This document shows, piece by piece, positions 63,911-64,000 of a DNA stretch of 64,000 bases. The DNA lies in the NCBI RefSeq assembly GCF_030028105.1, contig NC_092379.1, positions 27,769,821-27,833,820 on the forward strand, in the 5' to 3' direction. The DNA comes from Mobula birostris (taxonomy: Eukaryota). The translations under genes and the position numbers were made by a program. The notes below the pieces were generated by a model that was not told the DNA's origin, did not search any database, and saw only the letters and a program-made list of their open reading frames with translations. How positions within the stretch are numbered: the stretch's first letter is position 1; the number at the start of each line of letters is the position of its first letter.

Positions 63911-64000
63911 CCCCGTTTCTTCTCTGAGTTGCCTCTTTTGCAGCACCATTAGGAATAAAGACGATTCTGCAGATAGAGATAAAATGAGCAGTAACATTAC

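Noticed and set aside
1-64000. D/J segments, C exons, NAR-TCR cassette, CRISPR arrays, rRNA
   Set aside because: My manual scan found no 12-RSS-flanked D or FGxG J segment and no repeat-spacer array. Short D segments could be missed by eye or hidden in the three gaps.

Overview
Vertebrate genomic DNA, most likely a cartilaginous fish (inferred from the repeat landscape: CR1 LINEs with (TTCTATG)n tails, Rex1/Babar LINEs and hammerhead-bearing Penelope-like elements). The window is part of a T-cell receptor alpha/delta-type variable-segment array buried in retroelements. Two V segments look intact: one on + (9083-9523, leader, intron, V exon, 23-RSS) and one of a different family on - (36211-35779). 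Seven decayed paralogues of the minus-strand family sit between 36.6 and 48.8 kb, with weaker relics at 14.3 and 28.2 kb. No D, J or C segments were found. The best signals are: a V pseudogene split by a head-to-head Penelope-like insertion with a 12-bp TSD; a 95-bp hammerhead-ribozyme insert with its own 12-bp TSD nested inside it; a bare LINE tail inserted into an RSS spacer; and a CGCTGTTT motif kept about 70 bp beyond the RSS of most V units. Most long ORFs in the track are retroelement pol fragments or spurious. There are three assembly gaps. Homology calls are by eye; no searches were run.
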